Source: Squalus acanthias (lineage: Eukaryota). Taken from it: DNA of 64,000 nucleotides. Position numbers and translations under genes: made by a program. The stretch is taken from assembly GCA_030390025.1 (NCBI GenBank), contig CM059432.1:97094001-97158000 (forward strand). Reading direction: 5' to 3'. Below, in pieces: positions 13,196 through 24,027 of the stretch (within the stretch, counting starts at the first letter, position 1; each line of letters opens with the position of its first letter). Below the pieces are notes generated by a model. The model was not told where the DNA came from and did no database searches. It saw only the letters and a list, made by a program, of their open reading frames with translations.

Positions 13196-13767
13196 AATGT
13201 CATTTTATTACTCTCAGATTCTCTTATTAGCAATGATAAGAAATCTCTAATCTCTTAAACATTTCAAGCCAACCAAATGAAACTCATGTCCATGCTTCAC
13301 CCTTCCAAACACAACCTTCAAGCACCAATAACTTGTTATCATAAATATTTAAGTTTATCAATGTTACAGTGAGTCCTACTGTTAGGTTCTTGGTTTTAAT
13401 TCTTACTTTATTAATGCCTTTCCTCTCTCATTGCAACTATTTACCCTATGATTTGAATTTTTTCTTATTTTCATACTCCCCTCTGTTGTTCACAATTTAT
13501 ATTTATATTAACGATTTAGACTTTGGAATCAAAAACACAATTACTAAATTTGTGGATGACACCAAATTGGGGGGATAGTCAATACTGAGGAAGACTGCAA
13601 CAAGTTACAGGAGGACATTAATAGACTTGCAGAATGGGCATATAATTGGCAAGTGAAATTCAACAGAGAGGTATTACATCTTGGTAAGAAAAATAGGGAG
13701 GTCACATATTACTTGAAAAATAAGAATCTAAATGGGGAAGAGGAGCAATGTGATCTCGGAGTACAAG

Positions 13768-15589
13768 TGCATGCGAGTGCAAAAGACAAGGCTGAAGCAT
13801 TTGCAACCATCTTCAGCCAGAAGTGCCGAGTGGATGATCCATATCGGCCTCTTCCTGAGGTCCCCACCATCACAGAAGACAGTCTTCAGCCAATTCGATT
13901 CACTCCATGTGATATCAAGAAACGGCTGAGCACGCTGGATACAGCAAAGGCTATGAGCCCCGACAACATCCCGGCTGTCGTGCTGAAGACTTGTGTTCCA
14001 GAACTAGCTGCGCCTCTTGCCAAGCTGTTCCAGTACAGCTACAACACTGGCATCTACCCGACAATATGGAAAACTGCCCAGGTATGTCCTGCCCACAAAA
14101 AGCAGGACAAATCCAATCCGGCCAATTATCACCCCATCAGTCTACTCTCAATCATCAGCAAAGTGTTGGAAAGTTTTGTAGACAGTGCTATCAAGTGGCA
14201 CTTACTCACCAATAACCTGCTCACCGATGCTCAGTTTGGGTTCCACCAGGACCGCTCAGTTCCAGATCTTATTACAGCCTGGGTCCAAACATGGACAAAA
14301 GAGCTGAATTCCAGAGGTGAGGTGAGAGTGACTGCCTTTGACATCAAGGCAGCATTTGACAGAGTGTGGCATCAAGGAGCCCTAGTAAAATTGAAGTCAA
14401 TGGGAATCAGGGGGAAAATTCTCCACTGGTTGGAGTCATACCTAGTCCAAAGGAAGATGGTTGTAGTGGTTGGAGGTCAATCATCTCAGCCCCAGGACAT
14501 TGCTGTAGGAATTCCTCAGGGCAGTGTCCTCGGCCCAACCATCTTCAGCTGCTTCATTAATGAACTTACATCCATCATAAGGTCAGAAGTTGGGATGTTC
14601 GCTGATGATTGCACAGTGTTCAGTTCCATTCACAACTCCTAAGATAATGACGAAGGAGCAGCAGCTCCGAAAGCTTGTGATTTCAAATAAAACTGTTGGA
14701 CTATAACCTGGTGTTGTGCAACTTCTCATTTTTGTCCTAAGATAATGAGGCAGTCTATGCCCGCATGCAGCAAGATCTGGATGACATTCAGGCTTGGGCA
14801 AGTAACATTCGCGTCACACAAGTGCCAGGCAATGACTATCTCCAACAAGCGAGAGTCTAACCACCGCCCCTTGACATTCAACGGCATTACCATCACGGAA
14901 TCCCCCACCATCAACATCCGGGGGTCACCATTGACCAGAAATTTAACTGGACCAGCCACATAAATACTGTGGCCACAAGAGTAGGTCAGAGGCTGGGTAT
15001 TCTGTGGTGAGTGTCTCACCTCCTGACTCCCCAAAACCTTTCCACCATCTACAAGGCACAAATCAGGAGTGTGATGGAATACTCTCCACTTGCCTGGATG
15101 ATTGTAGCTTCAACAACACTCAAGAAGCTCAACACCATCCAGGACAAAGCAACCCGCTTGATTGTCACCCGATCCATCACCTTAAACATTCACTTCCTGC
15201 ACCACCGGCGCATCGTGGCTGCAGTGTGTACCATCTACAAGATGCACTGCAGCAACTCGCCAAGCCTTCTTTGGCAGCACCTCCCAAACCTGCGACCTCT
15301 ACCACCTAGAAGGACAAGGGCAGCAGGCGCATGGGAATACCATCACCTGAAAGTTCCCCATCAAGTCACACACCATCCTGACTTGGAAATATATCGCCAT
15401 TCCTTCATCGTCGCTGGGTCAAAATCCCAGAACTCCCACCCTAACAGCACTGTGGGAGTAACTTCACCACACAGACTGCACAGTTCAAGAAGGCTGCTCA
15501 CCACCACCTTCTCAAGGGCAATTAGGGATGGGCAATAAATGCTGGCCTTGCCAGCCACGCCCACATCCCAGGAACGAATACAAAAAAAA
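13768..15589 (+). mobile_element. 5'-truncated family B LINE
   Basis: SAKDKAEAF...QFGF...PQGSVLGP...FADD; 3' end GGAACGAATACAAAAAAAA; collinear with 10435-12110. Confidence 0.92.
14651..14734 (+). mobile_element. 84-bp Penelope pseudo-LTR fragment with 14-bp TSD
   Basis: Matches ~16849-16931; flanked by TCCTAAGATAATGA (14637-50, 14735-48). Confidence 0.88.
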
Positions 15590-16151
15590 CACAAATCACT
15601 AAAAGTATCGACACAGGTTAACAAGGCCATTAAAAAATCAAAACAAGCACCAGGGTTTATATCTAGAGCTATAGAATTGAAAAGTAGTGAATTTATGCTA
15701 AACTTGTATCGAACCTTGGTTAGACCACACTTGGCGTATTGCGTACAATTCTGGTCGCTATATTATCAAAAGGATATAGAGGCACTGGAGAGGGTGCAGA
15801 GAAGATTTACAAGCATGATAGCAGAAATGCAAGGGTATACCTATCAGGAAAGGATGAAAAGGCTGGGTCTCTTTTCTTTCGAAGAAAAGGCTGAGGGGTG
15901 ACCAAATAGAGGTCTTTAAAACCATGAAAGGTGTTGATAGATTAGATACAGAGAGAGTGTTTCCAGTTGTGGGGAAGAGCAAAGCTAGAGGCCATCAATA
16001 TAAGATAGTCAACAAGAAATCAGAAGTCGCACAACACCAGGTTATAGTCCAACAGTTTTATTTGAAATTACGAGCTTTCGGAGCTCTGCTCCTTCTTCAG
16101 GTACAGTGAGGGAATATAAATCTATTACACAGTATATATAGACAGAGAACA

Positions 16152-16622
16152 ATGTGTCTGCAGAGATACAATCCGTCAGGGAGGCATTACATCAAAGACT
16201 GCCACGGCAACCTCTGCAAGACATGCCAGATCATCAACACAGATACCATCATCACACGTGAGGACACTACCCACCAGGTACATGGTACATACTCATGTGA
16301 CTCGGCCAACGTTGTCTACCTCATACGTTGCAGGAAAAAATGCACCGCGGCATGGTACATTGGCGAGACCATGCAGACACTGAGACAACGTATGAACGGA
16401 CACCGCGCAACAATCGCCAGGCAGGATTGTTACCTCCCAGTCGGGGAACACTTCAGCAGTCAAGGACATTCAGCCTCAGATCTGCGGGTTAGCGTTCTCC
16501 AAGGCGGCCTTCGAGACACACAACAACGCAAAATCATCGAGCAGAAACTGATAGCCAAGTTCCGCACCCATGAGGACGGCCTCAACCGGGATCTCGGGTT
16601 CATGTCACGCTACAGAACGTGA
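16152..16622 (+). CDS. Penelope GIY-YIG endonuclease C-terminus (N-terminal 16 codons come from the inverted arm)
   Basis: CKTC...NVVYLIRC...WYIGET...RQRMNGH...VGEHF...H...EQKLI...GLN. Confidence 0.8.
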   Translation: MCLQRYNPSGRHYIKDCHGNLCKTCQIINTDTIITREDTTHQVHGTYSCDSANVVYLIRCRKKCTAAWYIGETMQTLRQRMNGHRATIARQDCYLPVGEHFSSQGHSASDLRVSVLQGGLRDTQQRKIIEQKLIAKFRTHEDGLNRDLGFMSRYRT

Positions 16623-16844
16623 CTCGACATCGTTGTCTGGTTTCCCAGTTTTTAAAAAAAAGTTAAAAGCCTAACTGCAGACTGCAGCATCTGACACGTT
16701 GGACCCCCTGTGACCCACCTCATTGTCTTAGCTGTACGCTGATGTGTCTTTGATGTAATGCCTCCCTGACGGATTGTATCTCTGCAGACACATTGTTCTC
16801 TGTCTATATATACTGTGTAATCGATTTATATTCCCTCACTGTAC

Positions 16845-16881
16845 CTGAAGAAGGAGCAGAGCTCCGAAAGCTCGTAATTTC
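16845..16881 (+). ncRNA. Minimal hammerhead ribozyme-like motif in pseudo-LTR
   Basis: CTGAAGA - stem II GGAGC-aga-GCTCC - GAAA; stem III weak. Confidence 0.55.
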
Positions 16882-17552
16882 AAATAAAACTGTTGGACTA
16901 TAACCTGGTGTTGTGCGACTTCTCATTTTTGTCCACCCCAGTCCAACACCGGCATCTCCGCATTATGACCAAGAAATCAAATAGGGAATTCAGAAGAAAC
17001 TTCTTTACCTAGAGAGTGGTAAGAATGTGGAACTCGTTACCACAGGGAGTGGTTGAAGCGAATAGTATAGATGCATTTATGGGGCAGTTAGATAAACAAA
17101 TGAGGGAGAAGGGAATAGAGGGTTATGCTGATAGGGTTAGATGAGGAAAGACGGGAGGCGGCTCGAGTGGAGCATAAATGCCGGCATGGACTGGTTGGGC
17201 CAAATGGCCTGTTTCTGTACTGTATATCCTATGTAATCCTATGTAATCCCCTGTCCCTTCTTTCAAATATTTCTCAATTGAAGTAAATTGGATGTTTTTT
17301 GTCCTATCTCTGTATATGTTTAATTTTAGTCCATCTCTTCTAGACATCAAAAGCATTTCATAAAAAACAACCCAAATTTAAACTTGAACTATCAAATCCT
17401 ATAGTCCCACCGAATGTCAGATTCTATTGTTAAGGACAGCTCTAATAAAGTATGAAAGCCATTTCATCCATTCTGATTACATCAGAATGGATCCAGTTCT
17501 CCTTCTTATTCTTGATGTACTTTAAAATTGTATGCAAACAATCTGAATTAGC

Positions 17553-18532
17553 TTGCTGTTTGTAGTGTACATTAATGATTTAGATATGAATGTAGGAGGT
17601 ATGATCAGTAAGTTCGCAGATGATACGGAAATTGGTGGAGTGGTAAATAGCGAGGAGGGAAGCCTTAGGCTACAGGACAATATAGACAGGTTGGTTAGAT
17701 GGGCAGAACAGTGGCAAATGGAATTTAACCCTGAAAAGTGTGAGGGGATGCATTTTGGGAGGACTAACAAGACAAGGGAATACACAATGAATGGTAGGAC
17801 CATAGGAAGGACAGAGGATCAGAGGGACCTTGGTGTGCATGTATATAGATCCTTGAAGGCAGCAGGACAGGTAGATAAGGTGGCTAAAAAGGCATATGGG
17901 ATACTTGCCTTCATTAGCCGAGGCATAGAATATAAGAGCAGGGAGGTTATGATGGAGCTGTACAAAACGCTAGTTAGGCCACAGCTTGAATACTGTGTGC
18001 AGTTCTGGTCGCCACACTTTCAGAAGGATGTGATTGCTTTGGAGAGGGTGCAGAGGAGATTCACCAGGATGTTACCTGGGCTGGAGCACTTCAGCTATGA
18101 AGAGAGACTGGACAGTCTGGGGTTGTTTTCCTTAGAGCAGAGAAGGCTGAGGGGGGACCTGATTGAGGTGTACAAAATAACGAGGGGCATAGATAGGGTA
18201 GGTAGAAAGGAACTTTTCCCCTTAGTAGAGGGGTCAATAACCAGGGGGCATAGTTTCAAGGTAAGGGGCAGGAGGTTTAGAGGGGATTTGAGGAAAAACT
18301 TTTTCACCCAGAGGGTGGAATCTGGAACTCACTGCCTGAAAGGGTGGTAGAGGCAGGATCCCTCACAACATTCAAGAAGCATTTAGATGAGCACTTGAAA
18401 TGCCATAGCATACAAGGCTACGGACCAAGTGCTGGAAAATGGGGTTAGAATAGACAGGGCTTGATGGCCGGCGCGGACACGATGGGCCGCAGGGCCTCTT
18501 TCTGTGTTGTATAACGCTATGACTATGACTCT
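17553..18532 (+). mobile_element. 5'-truncated CR1 LINE (family D)
   Basis: YINDLD...FADDTE...LYKTLVRPQLEY; (CTATGA)n tail. Confidence 0.92.
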
Positions 18533-18883
18533 AAAACTATTGACAGTCACCTAAATTAGACAGATTAATATTTACTTGCTCTTCCTTCATTTCATTAATT
18601 TGTGTTCTGAATGACAGTTCAATTTTTGTTTTCTTGCCCCCTCATCACAAACATACACACAAATCTGCAGGATTTGTAGCAAGAGCTCCACATTTGTTCT
18701 TACCACATTTTTTCTCTTTTTCCGATGTTCTTACATCCATTTTAAGCTGCGATTAACAGCAAAGCAGAAGGAAAGTCCATTACAAATGCAAAATACTGCA
18801 GATGCTGGAAATCTGAAATAAAAACAGAAAATGCTGGAAATACTCAGCAGATCAGGCAGCATCTGTGGAGAGAGAAACAGAGT

Positions 18884-18913
18884 TAACGTTTCAGGTCGAT
18901 GACCCTTCGTCAG
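18884..18913 (-). ncRNA. Minimal hammerhead ribozyme (Penelope type)
   Basis: Minus strand CTGACGA-AGGGTC-atc-GACCT-GAAA-CG-TTA with palindromic AACGTT stem III. Confidence 0.75.
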
Positions 18914-20074
18914 TCCTAACACCAGCAGCACCAGACAGACCAGCAGCACCAACAACAACACCAACCTTTTCTGCAATCACCTGATGCTGCACAGGACAGA
19001 GGGCATCAGCACCCAACCACATTGCTGCCCGGGAGGCCAGGGATCGCCTCATCATGGCCAGATTTACTTCACTTGACGCTGTACACCCTGGCTGCCACAT
19101 AATGCGCCAGTTTGGCACCACCCCACACCAGCACCATAAAGCAACCCTACAATGTCCAAGCCATCCCTTTCATACACATCACCATTGTGGGGGGTACTGT
19201 TATGTCTCACCATTCACTGCCACTCACTAAGCCACTTCCGAAGGTGCACACAAATCTGTCCAAGAAAGCAAAGTGTTGAAGATGAAAGTTTCAATGTTTG
19301 ACACCACATTAACAGAAACTTTACATGAACATTGGCTAAAACATCCAAGTGCCTACCCTTGTGTGTTGTTATTTGGTATAATTGGACTAGGATGAAGGTG
19401 AGTGTGAGGGGTGGCTAGTGAGATGGGGAAGTGATAATGTCGATAGAGAGGGATGGGTGGAGGTACAAGGTAAGTTGGTGTGAGTAAAGATGTGCAGTAG
19501 GGTAGGGAAGGCAGAGTGATGGGGACGTGATGAGAGGCACAGCAGGATGAGGTTGAGTGTAGCTTTGCAGTAACGTTTCGTGATCTACTGAGATCATTGC
19601 AAGTTTTGCACCACTGCAGCCTGGTCCTCCTGATGACATCCCTGCTTGTGCCCTCCTGTGCAATGTGCAACCAGGCTGCATTGATCCCCATGGGAAGGGA
19701 AGAGAACCTCCCTGTGTGCTGTGACTCCCTCCATAAGCATATGGAGGGAGTCATGGGAGAGCCTGAGTGCAACTGTGCACCTCTGTGCAGTGATTGTCAG
19801 TGTTTGCAGCACCTCAATGCTGTAGAGCATTGACAGCACAAATGTCAAAATAAATTTGCGCATGGTCCCTTTAAGGAAACCGGCTGATGAAGCATCATCA
19901 AATGACGTCATCAGACCCGCTTCCTTCAATTGGCCGGCAAACGCACTGCGCGAGCTTAACAAGCCCAATCAACATAAAATCATTCTACAGAGTGGGCTGG
20001 ATCCAGCAACGGGGTTGGGACCTGCCACTGACACTGCCCACCCTGGACCCACCGAGGTTGGGGAAATCGCGGCC
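18914..20074 (-). mobile_element. One-ended Harbinger fragment with degenerate Myb/SANT exon 1
   Basis: TIR-like GGCCGCGATTTCCC at 20074; peptides LMEGVTAHREVLFP and AWLHIAQE...RTRLQWCKTCNDL homologous to 30276-30512. Confidence 0.75.
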
Positions 20075-21037
20075 GTCAACTCTGTTACTCTCTCCACAGA
20101 TCCTGCCTGACCTGCTGAATATTTCCAGCATTTTCTGTTTTTATTGTAGGAAATTCCATTATCCCTTTTTCTCAAGTCTATTTTTTTGTGCTCATTAAGT
20201 CCCAGAGAAAAGTTTATGCTGAATTTTTATAATAGAAGCATCAGTAGATGTCACTGTTGCACTGTAATAGTTGCATTTCCATGGCTCCGAGATCATTAAT
20301 GAGATACCTGATGACAGAGAAAATTAAAACCCTTTTGGGCAAAGGGCAGTAATGCAGAAAGTTTACTCGTGGGGAATAAAGTTGTATTAAATATTCTTTC
20401 AAGCCCACCTCAACAAATTGTTATTGTTAAATGCTTTGATTGAAAATGGAGTCTTAACAGCTTTTTGTTCAAGATTTTACAGACTCTTTGAGACAGAATT
20501 CTACCACACAACTGAAAGATTGCCAATAAACTGTCTACATCTTGTAAGTGATGACACAAAATCCAACAAAAATAACTAACGTGTCATCCTATAATATCAT
20601 CTGAATGGGAAACATTTAATTCTCTGGATAGAAAGGGTCACAATTAAAATGTATTTAGTGTTACAAGTTTTTAATTTTTGTTATTTATTTTACAGTTTGA
20701 AAATTGATTGATAATGAAATAATGCAATGACATCTAGTCTGTGAACATGTCCAGTATTCTGAAAAAAACCATGGTAGGTAATGTTCAATTGCCTTACAGT
20801 AATTATGATATCTGTACAGACAGTTTACAGATTAACAGTAGCATTTGTCAAGTACATTGACTGTTAAATAAATCAGCAATTTGATTGTATTTTAAATTAC
20901 CAAGCTAGATGAAATGAGTTTTCTCTTGGTTAACTCTTTGAGTGCTGTAACACACTACACAGGATTTTAGGTTTGAACAGAGCACAAAAAACAGTGAAAT
21001 AGTTGTGGTTGGAATTTCTAATTTCTACAATAGGTCA

Positions 21038-21186
21038 ATACTGCAGATGCTGGAAATCTGAAATAACAACAGAAAATGCTGGAAACACTCAGCAGGCCAG
21101 GAAGCATCCGTGGAGAGAGAAACAGAATTAACGTTTCAGGTCTGTGACCCTTCGTCTGGCGAAGGGTCACAGACCTGAAACATTAG
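21038..21186 (-). mobile_element. 149-bp Penelope tail insertion with fold-back hammerhead segment
   Basis: 15-bp TSD TTCTACAATAGGTCA (21023-37, 21187-201); hairpin 21129-21156 / 21158-21185. Confidence 0.88.
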
Positions 21187-21559
21187 TTCTACAATAGGTC
21201 AGTCTGGCAACAAGTCACCACTATTGATCACTGGTGAAAAATGCACTTACTAAAAATTAATAACCTCCATTTTGAACATAAAGATGCATGAAATGAAAAG
21301 GCTATTTGGCCCATAAAGACTGCTCCTTACACACCATGTATAACCTCCCTTAATATGCATTTTATCCCAGCTATTTAATCTCCCAAGAGAAAACTTGTCA
21401 AATATGATCCCCAAAGGTAATCAACTGAAACTCTAGAAAACCAATCCTACTCCAAGTTTCGGCTATTCAACTTTGGCTGGTTGATCTCCAGAAGTAACAC
21501 TTATCTCCTGATCCCAGCAGCACAGGAATCATTGTTTCTTGCAGCATCTTTGATCTTCT

Positions 21560-22500
21560 CAGTCTATACTTATCCTTTTTATCTTAAGCCTCATTTCCAA
21601 ACAGCTCTTTTGTGAAGGTGTTAAGTGACATTGCATCACATTATTTTGCTGTGTGTATGTTCCATATATTCACTTCTCTGTAGGGAAACATTTTTTTAAT
21701 CTCTAGTCTCACTTGACACTTATTAATTTTGAACTTGTGTCCTCTAGTCCTTCCCTCAGAGTCTGTGTAAAAAATTCTGCTTATATATACAGCATCTATG
21801 CCTCTCAGCAATTTAAAGTCATTGATCATATCATCCCTCAATATCCTTTTCTCCAGTGAAAATAAATTTAGCTCTTTGAATCGCTCCTCATAATTTAATT
21901 TAGAGCCCTAAGTCCTACATTCATCCTAGTCAGTGTTTTCGTTTGAAGGTAGGGTGTCCAAAATTACACACAATGTTCCAAGTACGGTGTCACCATTGAT
22001 TTATGGAAGAGTAGAATTTTTTAACCCAGTCAATTGCCCTTGAGATGGATTCTAGTATTCAATTAGTTTTGTTGATAACAGCTTCACAGTGACTGAAATT
22101 TTTCAGCAAATAATCAATAATTACATTCAAAGCCTTTTTCACTCTCCATCCTTGCAAATGAGCAGCTTTTCGTTGCATACACAATTCATGTTTCCTACTC
22201 CTCACTTTATGTATTGCCTCACATTTACATCCGCATTAAATATCCATCTGCCTTTCCCTAGGTCAAGTATAAATTTGTCCAAATCTCTCTGAATGTTTGT
22301 CATTGGGACACTTAGCATGAGATCATCTGCAAATTTTATAACATTACAAAAATAATATGAACATGAGTACTCAGAACACATGCATGTGGAACTCCATCAA
22401 TCACTATTCCCTACAAAGGCTTTTCCATTAATCATCACCTTCTGATTTTGATTGTCAAACCAATTATCAATCCAGCTAGTTAATATGCCAGTAATTTCAT
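21560..22500 (-). mobile_element. Old degenerate CR1 fragment
   Basis: RTRGHKFKI peptide and FADD-like codons on minus strand. Confidence 0.6.
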
Positions 22501-24027
22501 AAACCTTTTTAACTACTTTTTTATTTGAGATTTTAAACAATAAACAAAAAAACCTTACAAAATTGATCAAGCTAGAATAGTGATTATTGTGGGTTTATAT
22601 CCTAATTACCATTATGATTCAATAAATAATTTACACAACATCTTATTTTAATGAGTAGGCATTACTTCTCATTAGCAAAAAAAAGCAAATTGACCATTAA
22701 GCTTATTGTGACCTTAATACAATAAAGATGGGCTGCAGGCTTCAACAACAAGGGTTATTAAAGGTAAATTAAATTGGGATAGCTACAGAATACGGCAATA
22801 AGTGATAACACCCTTAAATACAGCTTTTAATAAATCACTTTTCTTATGAATAATTTATTTAGAAATGACAATAAAGTTCTTGAGAGGCTATTATACAAAA
22901 CAAATAATATAAATACTTTGAGTTCACATTAAAATTTATTTCCAGCTTGTTACATTGCTATTCTCTGTAGAAATAATGTTGGCTATCGTACTGTTTGTCT
23001 GCATGAAGGATACCTTGAGTATTATATCTATTTCTTCCACCTTAGTTAAGAAGATTGTGCATACTATAAGGTGACAAGAATACATTTCAAAAGAGAATTA
23101 ACTGTCTGGCAAAGAAGTTTGATGTTTGCTGCACTTCACAACAGGTATTTTGTGTGTTTTCTCAATTGATTCTAGATTATGCTCTTCTATTTAGCAAATG
23201 ACAGTGAGCTTCCATCTGTGATGGTTTGAGAACAAATGAGATTGTCTTTGATTAGTTTTTGCGTGTAGAAGTTTATGGAGTATATTTCAGTGGCAGGTAG
23301 AATTAGATGTAAATTATATATAGCTGACATTGTCTTCAAGAGATGAGATGGGACGTATCCAATTGTTGCAGGTAATGTGAGCAGCCACTTTATTAAAGCC
23401 ATTTTTGGATAAGGTCTTGTTTGAAGTGACTTAAAGGTAAGTAGATGTGTCCATCAGCTCTCCTGTATCCTATGTATGAATCTACACATGGCAGACCTCA
23501 ATGATTACAGTGGCTTCTGTAATTTGCTCAGAGAAAATGACTGTGACCATCATTCTGTCCATTTGATAGAAATGAGGCAAGGTTAACAGCAGCTGAAAAC
23601 CGATCTCCTTCAAACAGAAATATAGCTTGCAATTTGAATGGAAAATTGAATGCAATAATAAATTGAGAAGAATACACCCTTTGAATGCTGAAATCAATAA
23701 TATTCCATTCCAGTGGTTATTAATGCCAGCAGTAAAGGAAAGGAGAGATGGAGATGAGCATTAATTTGGGTTGTAGAAAATTACTGTTCAAGACAGGGGC
23801 AGTAATTGAAATGCCATTGATGAAAATAACCATCAGATACTGCCACTCAGGAGAAAATTATACCATGTGTCATTTTAATTATCGTAATGAGCCTTGCATT
23901 GATCAATTCTAAAGTATCGCACAAAATATTTAATTACATCACAATGAAAATTTGTTGCAATACTTACAACTTCAGTGACATTTTTAAATGTGTGTGCTCA
24001 CCATACTTTGCTGTATTTTGCTTGCCT

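Larger units (their letters stand above)
16023..16967 (+). mobile_element. 5'-truncated Penelope-like element with inverted pseudo-LTR
   Basis: 178-bp inverted arms 16022-16199 / 16746-16923 (one mismatch seen); GIY-YIG ORF between; TSD AACAAGAAATCA/ACCAAGAAATCA. Confidence 0.92.
13485..17248 (+). mobile_element. 5'-truncated CR1 (family C) interrupted by a family B LINE and a Penelope element
   Basis: YINDLD...KFVDDTKLGG; resumes at ~15590 (HKSLKV...LYRTLVRPHL) and at 16968; (ATCCTATGTA)n tail. Confidence 0.88.
18783..20147 (-). mobile_element. Composite: inverted Penelope tails enclosing a Harbinger end fragment
   Basis: PLE tail on minus 18783-18913 and on plus 20075-20147; 14-bp TSD AGGAAAGTCCATTA / AGGAAATTCCATTA (18769-82, 20148-61). 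Confidence 0.8.

Noticed and set aside
13653..14642. 329-aa ORF
   Set aside because: Accidental in-frame fusion of CR1 family C and a truncated family B LINE; not a gene.
20696..20774. Acceptor-like site leading to MSSILKKTM and a GT donor
   Set aside because: All frames from the acceptor contain stops; could be a UTR exon but unsupported.
23324..23371. Possible 48-bp exon LTLSSRDEMGRIQLLQ
   Set aside because: Weak acceptor, no recognised protein.
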